From Hydrurus foetidus (taxonomy: Eukaryota), in assembly GCA_900617105.1 (NCBI GenBank), contig UYFQ01000373.1, forward strand, positions 62,001 to 126,000: 64,000 bases of DNA. Direction: 5' to 3'. Of the stretch, positions 1-13,121 are shown in pieces. The position numbers and the translations under genes are program-made. The notes beneath the pieces are model-generated. The model searched no databases, was not told where the DNA came from, and was given only the letters and a program-made list of their open reading frames with translations. The stretch's first letter is position 1; each line of letters opens with the position of its first letter.

Positions 1-2672
1 GAATTGTTGGATTGCATGAGAGCTGCAAGTAAGCGCATGATCGCATTCGTTTGTTTCATCGCATGTGCTCACATAAATTTTATTTGTTTATTTTTATACA
101 GGAGTATTGTTTTTTGTGATTTTACTGATTTTTTTACGCTTCATAGTTGTGTTGTGTACTTCTTTCTTACGAATTGTTTACATTTATTCCCACCGATATA
201 ACTTCTCGTGTTATGATAACTTTCCAGCGCTCTCAAATCTGTTGGTTCTCTCTCTACGTTTTTCCTCCCTCCCTCCTTCTCTTCCTTTCTTCCTCCCTCC
301 CTCTTACCCTCCCCACTCCCTCCTTTCCTCCGTCCATACCTATCCCTCCCTCTCCCCCTCTCCCTCCCTCTTACCCTTCCTCCCTCTTACCCTTCCCCTC
401 TCCCTCTTACCCTCCCTCCCTCCCTCTCACATCTCTCCCAATCAAATCAGATCTTCCTCCTAACGATGAGTCTCTGGAGTTTCTCGCCAACGCACTTGTC
501 ATCACTGTCAGCGAAGAGGCAAGAGCAAAAACTATGAGGGATCTACCGGAACCCGACCTAAACATGCCGGAGGTAAGCCGTAATTAGCATTGATGGGATA
601 AGGGACACGGGCGAGGGATAGAGGGGCGCCACAGTCAATCTTCCTTCCTCTGTGATTATAATGCTATTTACTCGACAATAGAAAATGTTGTCATGTTCTC
701 ATTTCAAATCCTTTACCTTATTCTTATCCGTGATAATTACTCTTCGTCTATATGTTCGTGCAGGTCGTATTTGCCGGACGTTCGAATGTTGGAAAAAGTA
801 GTTTGGTTAATTTTCTCGTCAACCGAAAGGTATGGTGCACAATTTTTTTCTTTGAGTCCCTACAAATCTCAGTGTAATTACTTGACTTTTCTCTTGCTGC
901 TGTTTCCTTAATTTTTGATAATCTTCATTATTCGATAATTCATTCCTTATATACATCCATTTCCTCCTTCTCCCTCCCTCTTTCTCCCTCCTCCCTCCTT
1001 CTCTCTCCCTCTTTCATCCACTCCCTCCCTCCATCCCTCATCTTCCTCCCTCTCCCCTCCCTCTTCCTTCCTCCCTTCCTCCTCCTCCCTCCTCCTCCAT
1101 CCTCCCTCTTATCCTCCCTCTTATCCTCCTCCTCCTCCCTCCCTCCCTCCCTCCCCTCCTCCCTCCCTCCTTTCCCTCCCTCTTTTACCCTCCCTCCCTC
1201 CATTCTCCTCAAACTTATCTCATCATCACAGGCGTTAGCATCGACTTCCCCCACCCCAGGACACACCACACAATTTCACTTCTTTGCCGTCAATAAAGAC
1301 AGGGTGAGCTTTAACAACCACTATACAATTGACTATCTTTCCACTGCTCTCAACCACCTTCTTAACATCTATTATTTAAAATATTTAGAATCATTAGTGA
1401 CAATTCGCGAATTCTACATGACAGCGTACCTAGGAGAATTCGTTTGTGACTGTACATGAAATGCGTTTCCCGGATTCTTCACATATTTTGCACCATGATC
1501 GAGCATTTTTATTTTTTTATTTACTAATGATTTCTTCTTTTCTTTTACTTTTCTTTTACTTTACTTTACTTTACTTTACTTTACTTTACTTTACTTTACT
1601 TTACTTTTCTTTACTTTACTTTACTTTACTTTTCTTTTCTTTTCTTTTACTTCTCTTTTTTTCTCTTTTTTTCTTTTTCTTTAGGTCGACCTCCCTTCTT
1701 TTTATCTAGTGGATGTGCCAGGATTGGGCTACGCTGAGGCAACCGATGGAACCCAGGTGCGTAATGTTACACATCACTTAATAACATCACATTGTATTAC
1801 ATAACATAGTACAATAACGTTATATGATAAATTACATTCCAATATTTTTCGTAGGATTCCTGGCGATCTTTACTGGAAAGATATTTAACCGTGAGGGACT
1901 CATTAGGTGCTGTCTTTCATTTAATAGATTCAAGACACCAAGTCACTCCAACAGACGAAATGGTAAGACAGTCTCTCTGGTGTTCTTCTTGTTTTTTCTT
2001 TTTACTTTGCAGTTCTTTTTTGAATAAATTTCATGCATACTTGAGTACTAAATTGCAACACAGTATTTATTAGACGCTTACATACACGTCTTCAAAATAT
2101 TTTCGATTGAAAGGAATATTAAAAAACACTTAAGAGTCACTGCGTATTTCTTTCTGACCGCGTGTTAAAGGAACCAAACATGTTTATTGGTTGACTCTCT
2201 TCCTACCTTTACTGGAGTATTGATGGACGTTTGAAATTGTAACGATTAATTTGATGCTACTTCCTTTTATTAGATGATGGAAATTGTCGGACGCGCAAGT
2301 GCTGCAAGAAAATCTCTCGGAAAGAAACCGTTTTTATACACTGTTATTTTAACGAAAACGGATAAGGCAAGTGAGAAAGGTTTACACAAAACAGAAAGGG
2401 ATGTTCGATTAGGTACGAGAGATTTAGCATTGATTTTGAAAGCTACAATCGATGAAAATGAAAACGATGCGGATGAAGATAAAGAAGAGGGTGATGATGA
2501 TCACAAGAATGAAAAGGAAGTGAAAGAATTAAGTGAAGAAGATATAAAACTAAAAAAACAACAACTTAATCGAGAACTAAATAGTCTAGTTCCCATACTA
2601 AAAACTTCCTCTTTGTCTCGAATTGGAAGAGATGATGTGTGGAAATTATTGCAGACAGTTATTGGACATTGA
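1..2672 (+). CDS. engB: EngB/YihA/YsxC-family ribosome-biogenesis GTPase, 5'-partial, multi-exon
   Basis: Exons approx. <1-28, 451-572, 764-829, 1232-1303, 1685-1756, 1855-1962, 2274-2672 splice in frame through GT-AG sites. Motifs: G1 'VVFAGRSNVGKSSLVN', G2 'SPTPGHT', G3 'LVDVPGLGYA', 'FHLIDSRH', G4 'ILTKTDK'. There is an acidic insertion before the C-terminal 'ILKTSS' strand. The start codon lies upstream of the window. Confidence 0.9.
1540..1650 (+). repeat. (TTTAC)n/(TTTTC)n pentanucleotide microsatellite in an EngB intron
   Basis: Direct reading of tandem TTTAC units just upstream of the acceptor at 1684. Confidence 0.9.
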
Positions 2673-3198
2673 AACTTACACTTTATGTAGAATAATATAA
2701 ATACGCGAATGTTATTACAATTGTTATTGTTTATACTTATTTTTTCTTTTATTTTCAATTAAAATGTATTTATTTACTTTCAAGATATTTTTGTTTATTT
2801 TAAGTACGATATACGGGCAGGAATAGAATGCAATTATTCGCATCTTTCCATGACAAAATCGTCTTTTCTCCACTATCTGATTTTGCGGAGTAGCGATAAA
2901 AGGGGCAGAGAAAGACGATAGTAAAATCGATAAGTATTCGGGACGCAACGTTTTTCAAAAGATTTTTTATTTGATTTTTTACATTAGAATGTGCGCCCGA
3001 AACTCTTCTCAACTTTCCTTTTTCACTTTATCGGCCACTGCTTGAAATGGCGGTAAATTCCACACATTCTATTTCCACACTTACTCTATAGTCTTCATGC
3101 TTCAAATCAAGAATATTATGTTTTCTTTCATAATGTTTTTGTCCGCATTATTTATTTACACCAATGTAATCGTCAAAATTCAAAAATCGCATCTATTT

Positions 3199-5241
3199 TT
3201 ATAGTGCAATATTAATACCAAAATTTTCGATTTTTTTGAATATGTCGGAACCAACTCTAAAACAACCATCAATGATTATATTATGTATTAGAGTGCAATT
3301 TTTTAGTATTGAATTAACACCTCTATCTGTTATTCTTGAACACTTAGTCAGATTTATATTTTCAAGAAGAATACAAGATAATGACAAATTAAGTACTCCG
3401 TAATCTGTTATTTTCGAGCAAAACGAAAGTGTTACACTTGATAAACTTTTACAACGACAAAGTTCAATCAATGAATTATCGGTTATTCTTGTACAATAAT
3501 ACAAATTAATTTCTTTTAAATTCTCGCAATGTAACGATAAGTCACATACACTTTTGTCACTTATATTCGTACAATATGATAAATTGATATTTTGTAACTT
3601 TGATAGATTTCTCGCAAGCGCACTCACGCCATTATCTGTGATGCTACAACAATTTGTTAAATCTAGTATTTCTAGTTTCAAACAATTCGAGAGAAATGAT
3701 AATCCGTTATCCGTAATTTTTTCACAATTATACAATTTTACGGATTTTAATTCATTACATCCTCGAGATAAATATTGCATTGAAGAATCACTTATCTTTT
3801 TACAATATGTTAAATCTATATTTTGTAGTCGCCTACAACCCTTCGATAAATACAGAATACTCGTATCAGTGATATTCTTGCAACAACATAATGAAATGGT
3901 ATTTAGAAAAAAACAATTTTGAGAAATTAGTAAAATACCTAAATCCGTTATTTTACCGCAGCAAGTTAGATCTATTATTTGCAAAATTGGTAACCCGTAC
4001 GATAGAGATTGAAAACAGTTATCTGATATTCCTCTACATAGTAACAAATCAATCGATCGTAATTCTTTACAATTTTCGATTATGGAGATAATTCCGTTAT
4101 CTGTTACTTTGCCACAAAACCGTATATCTATTTCGGTTAAATGTAAACATCCTAACGCTATACACGATAATCCATAATCTGTAATATTCTGACATCTATG
4201 AAAATCAACATATTGAAGTAAACCACATAAATTTCCCAACAATTTTAGACTGACGTCAGTAATGTTCTGACAAGTTCCTAAGGAAATTCTCAACAATCCA
4301 GAACAGTTTTCTGCAATTTTTTGAATTCCTACGTCACTTATTAATTGACAAAATGATAAATTTAAGGTGCGTATTTTTTTGCAACCATTTGTTAGTTGCA
4401 GAATTCCTACATCCGAGATTTGAGAACATTCTTCTAAATTCACAATACAAAGTTGAGAACATTTTTTTGCGAGATAGGATAGCCCCAAGTCAGTGATACC
4501 CGTACAACGACTTAAATCAATAGAGTAGAGATGAGTGCACGTTGCTAACTTAATGAGACTTTGATCGCTTATTAAATTGCAGAAACCCATGTCGATCATT
4601 CGTAATTTTAAGCACTTCATCGCCAGGAAAATTATTCCGTCATCTGATATCTTAGAGCAATTTCTGAACTTGATAATCCTAAGATTCTCACATTTGCTTC
4701 CTAGTGCGCTGCAAGATTTATCTGTAATCTTTCGACAATTGTTAAGATTTATCGCACGAAGACCAGAACAATTATTGGCGAGAGAAGTTATGCCAACATC
4801 TGTTATCAGACAGCAATCTCTGAGTTCCACAGACTGTAGAAGAGGACTTCCACATGAGAGTGATTCCAGACCAGCGTCATGAAATAATTTGCAACCGCTC
4901 AGGTTGACTGACTGAAGAAGAAAAAAGCGCGCATCAAGAAATGTGCTGTTTGAAATCTGACCAGCTTGTTGATGACTTATTCGTATTCTATCAGGGCATA
5001 TTTCTCTTTCTTTCAGCCATTTGAGAGATGAGTGGGTGTGATTCCAATAACTAGAGACTGTTACTGATGCCAGGCAGTCCAGCCAGTGAGGCCTATCATC
5101 ATAACTTGAAACCGCTATGTCAAGTGCGCCAAGGCTGCGAATATCGAGCCATTTCGACAAGAACGAAATCAACCAGTCCTCATTGAGGAAGGAGAGCAGC
5201 CACATCGCGCCTTTCCCGTAGCATAAACTAGCATTGACCAT
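3199..5241 (-). CDS. Intronless F-box-like / cysteine-containing LRR (AMN1/FBXL-type) protein, 680 aa
   Basis: Single long ORF with about 22 tandem ~26-aa repeats of the form LxxIxLxxCxxITDxGxxxLxxxCxx. The N-terminal 'FLNEDWLISFLSKWLDIRSLGALDIAVS' resembles a divergent F-box. The real start may be the second Met (5205). Confidence 0.85.
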   Translation of the reverse strand: MVNASLCYGKGAMWLLSFLNEDWLISFLSKWLDIRSLGALDIAVSSYDDRPHWLDCLASVTVSSYWNHTHSSLKWLKEREICPDRIRISHQQAGQISNSTFLDARFFLLQSVNLSGCKLFHDAGLESLSCGSPLLQSVELRDCCLITDVGITSLANNCSGLRAINLNNCRKITDKSCSALGSKCENLRIIKFRNCSKISDDGIIFLAMKCLKLRMIDMGFCNLISDQSLIKLATCTHLYSIDLSRCTGITDLGLSYLAKKCSQLCIVNLEECSQISDVGILQLTNGCKKIRTLNLSFCQLISDVGIQKIAENCSGLLRISLGTCQNITDVSLKLLGNLCGLLQYVDFHRCQNITDYGLSCIALGCLHLTEIDIRFCGKVTDNGIISIIENCKELRSIDLLLCRGISDNCFQSLSYGLPILQIIDLTCCGKITDLGILLISQNCFFLNTISLCCCKNITDTSILYLSKGCRRLQNIDLTYCKKISDSSMQYLSRGCNELKSVKLYNCEKITDNGLSFLSNCLKLEILDLTNCCSITDNGVSALARNLSKLQNINLSYCTNISDKSVCDLSLHCENLKEINLYYCTRITDNSLIELCRCKSLSSVTLSFCSKITDYGVLNLSLSCILLENINLTKCSRITDRGVNSILKNCTLIHNIIIDGCFRVGSDIFKKIENFGINIAL

Positions 5242-6257
5242 CAGCTAGTCACGTTGCGCGTTGCACTCGTCAGCACATCGCTCAGCTCTCAAAAGTGGCA
5301 TAGAAAGTGTAACACATGTAACAAAGATTGGTGGGATTCTCATTTTTTAAATTTTTATTTTTATTTTTCAGGCTGCCCTGGGTCTTGATTTGAAGTTTTC
5401 GGTCTACCACTTTCATTGGACTGACGTACGATGTACGATGGTATTAACGCATACCCCTCCGTATTTAACATTTAACCATTACACACGCTTATACTTCTAT
5501 TGGATTCGTCTCTTTTTTAGCTACGTGTGTCACTGAGAGGACTCCGTTTGTGAGGATTATCACAGATCATGATATCAACAGCTTGAAAATCACTTTTGAA
5601 TAATGCACTATTTCGGCAAAGATTTAAAGAGAGTTGTTGTATAACAGAGCAACAGTCAGGATCGTTCGATCAACAGTCGATGATTCGTTACTAGCGCATT
5701 GTTATACGCTGCGAATGCCCATACTCATATTGACGTTTATGTACATAAACCTGATTGTTTTATTCTTGCGTATCCCCGCGTATGCACACAGGATACTCCC
5801 ACATACACAACACGATCTTATCCGACCCAAAGGCCATATTCTCCGAGTACAGTAAGTATGGACATTTGCAGGTGTAATTAAAAATAGACGGATAAAGCTG
5901 TTGACGATGTCGATGATTTCTCTTACTTCTTATTCAACCGGCGGAATGATGTTTGTGTATATTCAGTTTGATTAATTTGGAAGCATATGTTTATCATCAA
6001 ATATGGAATTGAATGCATTGACCATCACAATACATCCCAAAAGATAGTGACAATCCCACTGAAATTCATCACGGTAAAGATAGAGCGGATCTAACCGTAG
6101 ACCGGATAGAAACCGTTATAGACTGGAACAAACTTTTAAATTTTAAATTCGAATCAATCCGACCGACATCCGACAAGGAGTAACATGGCTAGAAGTCAGA
6201 AGCTAACCAATTCTCTCAATCTCCTGCTCTCCTCAATTGAAGTAGTAACTTTCCAGA

Positions 6258-7455
6258 ATGTCGGACCATGCAGGTGAATCCGTTCCAGAAAATGCTCAGG
6301 ACTTAACTATCTTTGTCCAAAATCTTCTGGAACAAATGGTGAGATTACGAATCATCAAACGAAGATATCAACAATCTTTACAACTCTCGAGATTTGACGG
6401 TCAATCACCATATGAAATCGCTGAGCTCTAATTTTGGTGGTTGCTGGATGACATGTTCACAATGGAATGACGCTATTCTGTTGTAGAAAAACTCTTAGAA
6501 AGTTACGACATTTGCCAACACTACAGCTGTTAGAGCCCGACCGTCTTATGCGATAGTCATTCTCATAGTAATACCCCTGTACCAAAAAGAATGTAGAGCA
6601 CTGCTGTGGCTCTGAACTCTGTATTTCTCCAACAGTGTCTGACGGAGATATATGATAGCATCTATTCTATCCTAGCATCTCCAGCATGAATCGCAACGCT
6701 TTGAAAAGCAATACTTCTAAGTCCCGGACATACCATTTACAAACAAAGAAATATCATTCATGATGGTCATTTGTAATCGATCATTCGCACTCAGTAGAAT
6801 ATAATAAAATCCCATGAGATGCAACACTCTAAAAAATACAAAAAAAATAAAATTATGTTTTCTTCCTACTGAAAAATCTAATTCTCGACATTGTTGACAA
6901 TACAGCAAGGAAGATTTAATCAAATGTCCACAACAATCATCGGAAGGATTGACGAGATGGGAAACAGAATTGATGATCTAGAAAAATCTATTGGAGATTT
7001 AATGCAACAGGTATGTACGTACGTGTTTGTTGTTTCTTAAATGTTTTTTAAAATGCTTTTCTCATTAGATATCTCAGCCATTCTTCTCAAGGTGTTAGTG
7101 TAATGCATTATTTCATTTGTAGTGGTAACGTAAAGAATCGTGAATCTATAGCTGACCAAATTTACGTTCAGAGGACAAGTTTCTTTGCTAATCAATAGCG
7201 CACATAATATACTGGCACAAAAGGCAAAACACATAGTATTCATCGATTTGACATCACATCACGCACTTAGATTAGTAATACAGTACATTTTTTATGAAGG
7301 TTAAATCCACAAGAATTTCTTCTTTTAACGAAGTGTAAAAAAGGAACACTTATTCATTTTTTAAAATTGTTTCTCTGTAGGCGGGTGTTGACCAACCAGA
7401 CAGTCAAAACCAAAACGGTGGAAACTCAAACCAAAATCAATACGGTGGAAAGTAA
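6258..7455 (+). CDS. HSBP1: Heat shock factor-binding protein 1
   Basis: Exons 6258-6338, 6906-7010, 7381-7455 give [67 protein letters not shown]...GGK*, the classic HSBP1 coiled-coil signature. The gene is absent from the ORF track because its exons are short. Confidence 0.93.
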
Positions 7456-7954
7456 ATGCTCAGAAAAATGCATTTTTATTCCAATTTTTTATGAGTAAAA
7501 CATTGAAACAAATTAACGAATTTCACTGAGATTTGTTAGCTGTATTCTATTATTAGTATTTCTGGAAATTTAATCTTTGTTAATAAATTATATATAGTTC
7601 ATCGCCATTTTTTTCTTCTTATCATGGGAGCAAAGTGCCATCATTTTGAACATTACGAATCATCGAAACTGCTGAAAAAAACGAAAACTACGTTCCATGG
7701 GAAGGAAAAAGTCATCGAAAATCATTTTCGTGAATTTCTACGATGACAAAAATGACGATATGTCTTTTTCTGTAACTCTTTTAAAAAGTATAAATCTTTT
7801 CGTCAAATAGTTTGACATTACCAATGCAAAACCTAGATAGACTTTACCAGATTAAAAATACAAAATGCCTGTCCTCTACAAAAAACGGAAGACTTGAACG
7901 AGTTATACGGTGTTTATGATATCCCTTCAGGGGTACTTTCGTAATAGTTTCGTA

Positions 7955-8330
7955 CAGTCGGAAGGTCCTATAGTCGACAAAAGTCCCACGAGAAAAAAAA
8001 AAGTTAGTGTAGATGAAACCGGATAAAATCTCGGAAAAACCGGATAAATACACTGTTAGCCCACTGTTCAGCTGCACTATTTGTACGTTCTAACTGGTAC
8101 GTCTTGATTTTTCACCATACTAATCCCGCGAGATTCGCCACCACTTAACTTTGACCTCTATTGACTCTCGCTGGAAGGTGAAAAAAACATTTTGAACCAT
8201 ATAGTTTTCTTCCTTTAGCTGAGGCGAACATATGTATATGGTCAGAAATCTTTTTTTTCACAATGCAAAACGTTTGATAGAGATCACAATTCCCCCATAT
8301 TAAATTGTCGTCTATAGGACCTTCCGACTG
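7955..8330. mobile_element. Non-autonomous TIR element (MITE), Tc1/mariner-like, TA target-site duplication
   Basis: The left end CAGTCGGAAGGTCCTATAGTCGACAA and right end TTGTCGTCTATAGGACCTTCCGACTG are 26-bp inverted repeats with 1 mismatch. Both are flanked by TA (7953-54, 8331-32). No coding capacity. Confidence 0.85.
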
Positions 8331-8519
8331 TAAGTACCTGGGTTATTGAGATCTCAATTATGGAAAATTTGACGATTATTACGTAATGACTATTTCGTGG
8401 AGAGCTTTAGAGGATATTCTCTTCATGATGTTTTATCGTACTTTGTTTTGTCTAGATTTAATTTCCTTGATCTCCGACCATATTTACGTTTTGTACGAAT
8501 CTCCGTTGTTATCAAATTA

Positions 8520-8729
8520 GAGTGTTTACGAAACCTCGTATTTTGAAAATATGAGTGTTAAACTCGGCTTTTTCAAACTCGTTTTCGGGAAAAATTACGA
8601 TTTTTCATCTTGAAAACCCGACTTCCCCACGTGTTTTCGAAGAATTCGTTTTTATTCTCGTTGTGACGAGTTTGAAAAAAGCCGAGTTTAACATTCATAT
8701 TTTCAAAATACGAGGTTTCGCGAACACTC
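8520..8729. mobile_element. Fold-back MITE with ~63-bp inverted arms, TA-flanked
   Basis: GAGTGTTTACGAAACCTCGTATTTTGAAAATATGAGTGTTAAACTCGGCTTTTTCAAACTCGT is a near-perfect reverse complement of ACGAGTTTGAAAAAAGCCGAGTTTAACATTCATATTTTCAAAATACGAGGTTTCGCGAACACTC. TA is present on both sides. Confidence 0.8.
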
Positions 8730-10194
8730 TATTTGAAAAACATCACACTGATATTAAGTAACATGAGCAAGCGTATCAAAATGGCAATAAAAACAAATCA
8801 AATATGACCAAAAGTATTGTGAAACAAAATATATCAGCATTTCGCTTGTAGCAATATAAAAGCCCGATACTACAGCCTTGCATCTTCATCGCAAGAGAAA
8901 AAGATAATAAAGATGAAGTTATCTAACACGTTCCTAAGCAGCACATTAAACACACAAAACATCTGGTCATGCAGAGGAGTGTCAATAGAAAACAAAACAA
9001 TATTAATTGCCTGTTGTGATAACTTAACACACATTTCTTAATTTCGTTATATTCGACAAATATTGATTAATTTCCGTAGTTCTCACTGTTCAATATTGAC
9101 GCAGTTATACGGTCTTTGCTGTTCGTTGTGATTTTAAATGGAATAGCATCACCTCAACCTTCTCACCTTCCCCCTTCATAGATTTCTCTCGGTGTACGTA
9201 AATCATCCCATTCAATGAGAATGACTCTATCCACCCAAGGCTTTGTAGAATAGAAATTCTTTGGATTTATCATTTCCACCCATCAGAATTTAGAATCAGC
9301 AACTTAATATTATTTTCCTCGATCAAATGTTAAAAAAAATTACATTTCTAACACTTTTTTTAATTTGACCAAACATTTCAAGGTAAGATAATTTCCCTGT
9401 TTTCTTCTTGTAAAAATAAATTCTTCTTATCCTACTATTACAACACTTTCAACCAACTCCCGAACAATAGAAAATGAATATTCTTCGTCTATCTACCTCG
9501 ACCACATTATTAGGTGTTGTACAGTAGTGGAGTGTAGGGCAACTTAATCCGATCTACCATCAAATTCACTGTATAGCGATCATTTCCCTTTTTTAACATT
9601 GCCTCCCATAAACAATGCCCTTTAAAGTCATATTACTTATGGTTCAATTAGTTCTATTCAAAAGAAAAAATTATTCGCTCTTTGTAGGAATCGTGTCAGT
9701 AGATTTCAAAATTTCTCAGTTTAAAAAAATGGAAGTCTTCGTCAAGAATGAGAGTAGATTATAAGCCATGCATTAAAGTGAAATATTCCTCGCCTTGCAC
9801 AGCTATGCCGTGCACTGTACGGTATGGTGCGTTTTCGCACGTACGTATGTACAGTGTTTATGACAACACGTTAGCTACAGCTAAAATTTCTTATTTTTTA
9901 ATGCAATCTTTTCTTTTCTTACTTTCATACCAAAACAGATTAGATTTTCTTACCAGCTATACAACAAGAAGAAATGAAGAAATGAATGAAAGACAGAAGA
10001 AAGAAAGACAGACCGAAGAAGAAATAGTTTAGGTCAGACAGGAGAAAGGAAGAGAAAAAGTAGAGAGAGAAAGAAATAGAAGGCAGGAAAGGGAAGGGAA
10101 TAGACGGAGGGGAAACAAAAGGGGGTGGTTGTGCGGGGTGAAGTAGAATGGAAGAGGTTGGATCGGATTGTCCTCAATTTTCGCAATGTCGATT

Positions 10195-13121
10195 TTAAAG
10201 ATCCTCCACCTGCACGTCACCTTCATCTCCTGAAAAACAAGCAAAACAAATTAATCAAATGAAATGAACGAAAAGGCGTGTAAGAATGAAAATTGGATGC
10301 ATCTTGATATGTAGGATTCGTACATGATGTGACAGTGTGTGGCGAAATATATTTTAATGTAGAATTTGTGAACGTACGGGAGGAGGCAGGACAGTTAGAA
10401 AAAAAGAAGATGTCCAACATTAAACATTTATTGTAATTTAAAATATTTTTTAAGAGTAAATAACAAAGTAAACTTTAAAAAAGAAGAAAGGTACTAAATG
10501 CACGGAATTAATACGGCACGTCAGAAAATAAATAAGTATACAAGTGTACGTGCACACGTGCGTGCGTACCTTGTTCTGGCTGATCCGAGGTCCATAGGGT
10601 GAGGTTATCTCTCAGCAGCTGCATGATGAGGGTGCTGTCTTTGTAGCTCTCTTCGGATAAGGTGTCCAGCTCGGCTATGGCGTCATCAAACGCCTGGGAG
10701 GGTGTGAGGGGATAGGGTTACGGGGTGGGAATGGGGGGGCGGGGAAGTAACAGGAGGAGAGACGATGGCACAGTAGTGTAGTGAGAGGTGAGATGAAAGG
10801 GAGGGAGTGTGGGAGAGAGATTGAGCGAGGGAAGAGAATAAGGGAGGGATAGGGAACGGGTAGTTGGATGGGTTATGAAAAAGTGTGCTTGTGAGGAAGG
10901 AGAAAGGGGAAGAGAAGGTGAAGAGGGATCTTCGAAGTAGACCGATGTTGAGAGCGAGTGAGAATGGCTACACAAGTGACACATCAAAAGAAGGAGCGTG
11001 TCTACAACTTGAAAAGGTGTAAGTACAGTCACGTGCGAAAAGGTACGTTCGTGTGAATGCAAGTACTGTACGCGCGTACCTGTTTGGCGAGATGGCAAGC
11101 GCGGTCGGGCGAGTTGAGGATCTCGTAATAAAACACTAAAAAGAGAGAAAGTGATAAGAAATGGAATAGACGCTTCGCGTGAAAACATGAATCTCAGATG
11201 GTAACACAAGACTACATTATGCAAAGGAATCGCATATGTGCATATTCGTGGATGCGGCGTAGCCATATAAGTACTTTTGTAAGAAACCATCAAGCTATCA
11301 GTACACAATAATGTCAATAAATAAGCGTTCGGATATTTTCTATTGAAAACATAGGCCAGGCCGTAACTCCACCACACCCGACGGATATTGACTGACCTGA
11401 AAAGTTGAGTGCGAGTCCGAGTCTTATCGGGTGTGTGGGGGGGAGGTCGTGGGTAGCGATTGTGGAGGCGGAGGAGTACGCTTCCAGTGCCTTGGCGGCA
11501 CTTTCCTTGCGAATGTCACCGTTTTGGAACTGATTTGGTGGGAGGTGTAGAGGTGAGGGAGGAAGGGACGTGTGTGTGTAAGAGGTGGAGAGTGAGAAAA
11601 TATGCTACGACGACAAACCATTGTTCAGTACGTCAGTGAATTTTCAATTACAGCACTATTGTTTCATAAAGTAAGTTGTTTACCTCGGCCAAGTATCTGT
11701 GATAATCTCCTTTCATTTTATAGTAGAAAACTTTGCCCTCCTCGGAATCGGAATTCGGGATCAACTCGTTCTGAATGTAATTGAGGAGCAAGGATGTGGG
11801 TCAGCAATGGGGAGGGAAGCGGGACGGGATAGTTGTGTGTGTGTGTGTGTGGAGAAGGAAGTGGTGAAATAGTGGGACAGGGAGAAGAAGGACGCGGGTG
11901 AGAGGCGTAGAAAAAGGGATAAAGGAAGGGAGGGGCAGAGGTAAGGGGGTAATGAGGAGGGGTGATAAAATGTGTGGTCAGTGGTGTAGTAGAGGCGAGA
12001 GTAGACGGGTCAGGGGATAAATATATTTTATTTCATATTTTACCGTCCACGGTCACGAAGAATATCATTTGAAATTGTTCTGAGAATCTTAGAGAATGTT
12101 CTGACGGGTGAAGCAAGGAAGAAGTGGATGAAAGGGATGAGATTTCCAGATAACCACTCAATTCTCATGTGAACGTTCCTCCGTCTGGTGACACGACCCA
12201 TAGTTTCAATAGAAGGAAAGGAAGAGAGGAATGTTCCGTGTCGTTTTGCCTTCTCATTTCCACGTGAAGTTCGAAACGCAATTCTGGCGTAATCTCTCCT
12301 AATCTCCTTATTGTTATGATGCGCTTATCAATTTAGTACCTTGATGATTTCGAGGATGTCAGAGCAGATGTCCTCTAGCTCGGTTTCGATCTTTCTCTTG
12401 TATGTCTGGATGAGCGTCAGCTTCTCGGCCTCACCCTAATCGGAACAAAACAGAATCGGAAAAGAATATGGTTAGGAATATTAAATCAGAATACCGTCCA
12501 GAAATCATGCGGTAGGAGACATTTCATGCTATATCGTGTTGGGTACGAGATTTTCTATATTGTGGTGGATAAATTGCTCGGAACAATTCAATGTTAGTTA
12601 GATTTAAGAGGTAAAATTTTCCATTGCGCTGTAAACAATTTACCATGTGTAACTAGTTCCTTGTAAACAACTCCTATATGGTGCCGTTTTGATTTTCGTT
12701 AGTACCTTCTGTTCGATTGATGAGATGACTCTCCATGAGGCTCTTCTTGAGCCAATTACGTTCTTATATGCGACGGAAAGAAGATTTCTCTCCTCAACGG
12801 TGAGCTCCTGAGGTTGCTGAGCGACGGCTTTCATGTGGTCGACCATCTCGTCGAATCTGATTTATCGTTTGGAAATGTTACTTAAAAGAAGGGTCCGTGG
12901 GAGATAAGAAAGAATTACAGTTCAATTCACATTTTGACTCGAAGATAAAAAGCTGCCGTAAAATGACAATGCATCCGCCTTTAAAGATGGTGATTTCTCC
13001 GTCGCAGTTTCATTTTGAACGACGTGCTAGGTCAGCGTTAAAAACTTCAAAATAAGAAACTTAATTACCTCTCGGCCTGCTCGGCTAGCTTGGCCATGTA
13101 TACCAGGGAGTCACGGTCCAT
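10195..13121 (-). CDS. 14-3-3 protein, 8 exons
   Basis: Exons approx. 13069-13121, 12706-12856, 12340-12435, 11684-11770, 11398-11530, 11079-11136, 10570-10693, 10195-10229. Translation includes [77 protein letters not shown] and [23 protein letters not shown]. Confidence 0.97.

Noticed and set aside
107..1269. Pro/Ser/Leu-rich and Arg/Glu/Gly-rich ORFs (107-463, 940-1269, and similar ones at 34891, 38848, 53089)
   Set aside because: They are translations of intronic C/T or G/A tracts that lack stop codons.
3554..4882. Plus-strand ORFs overlapping the LRR gene
   Set aside because: Antisense shadows of a repetitive coding sequence with no independent protein signature.
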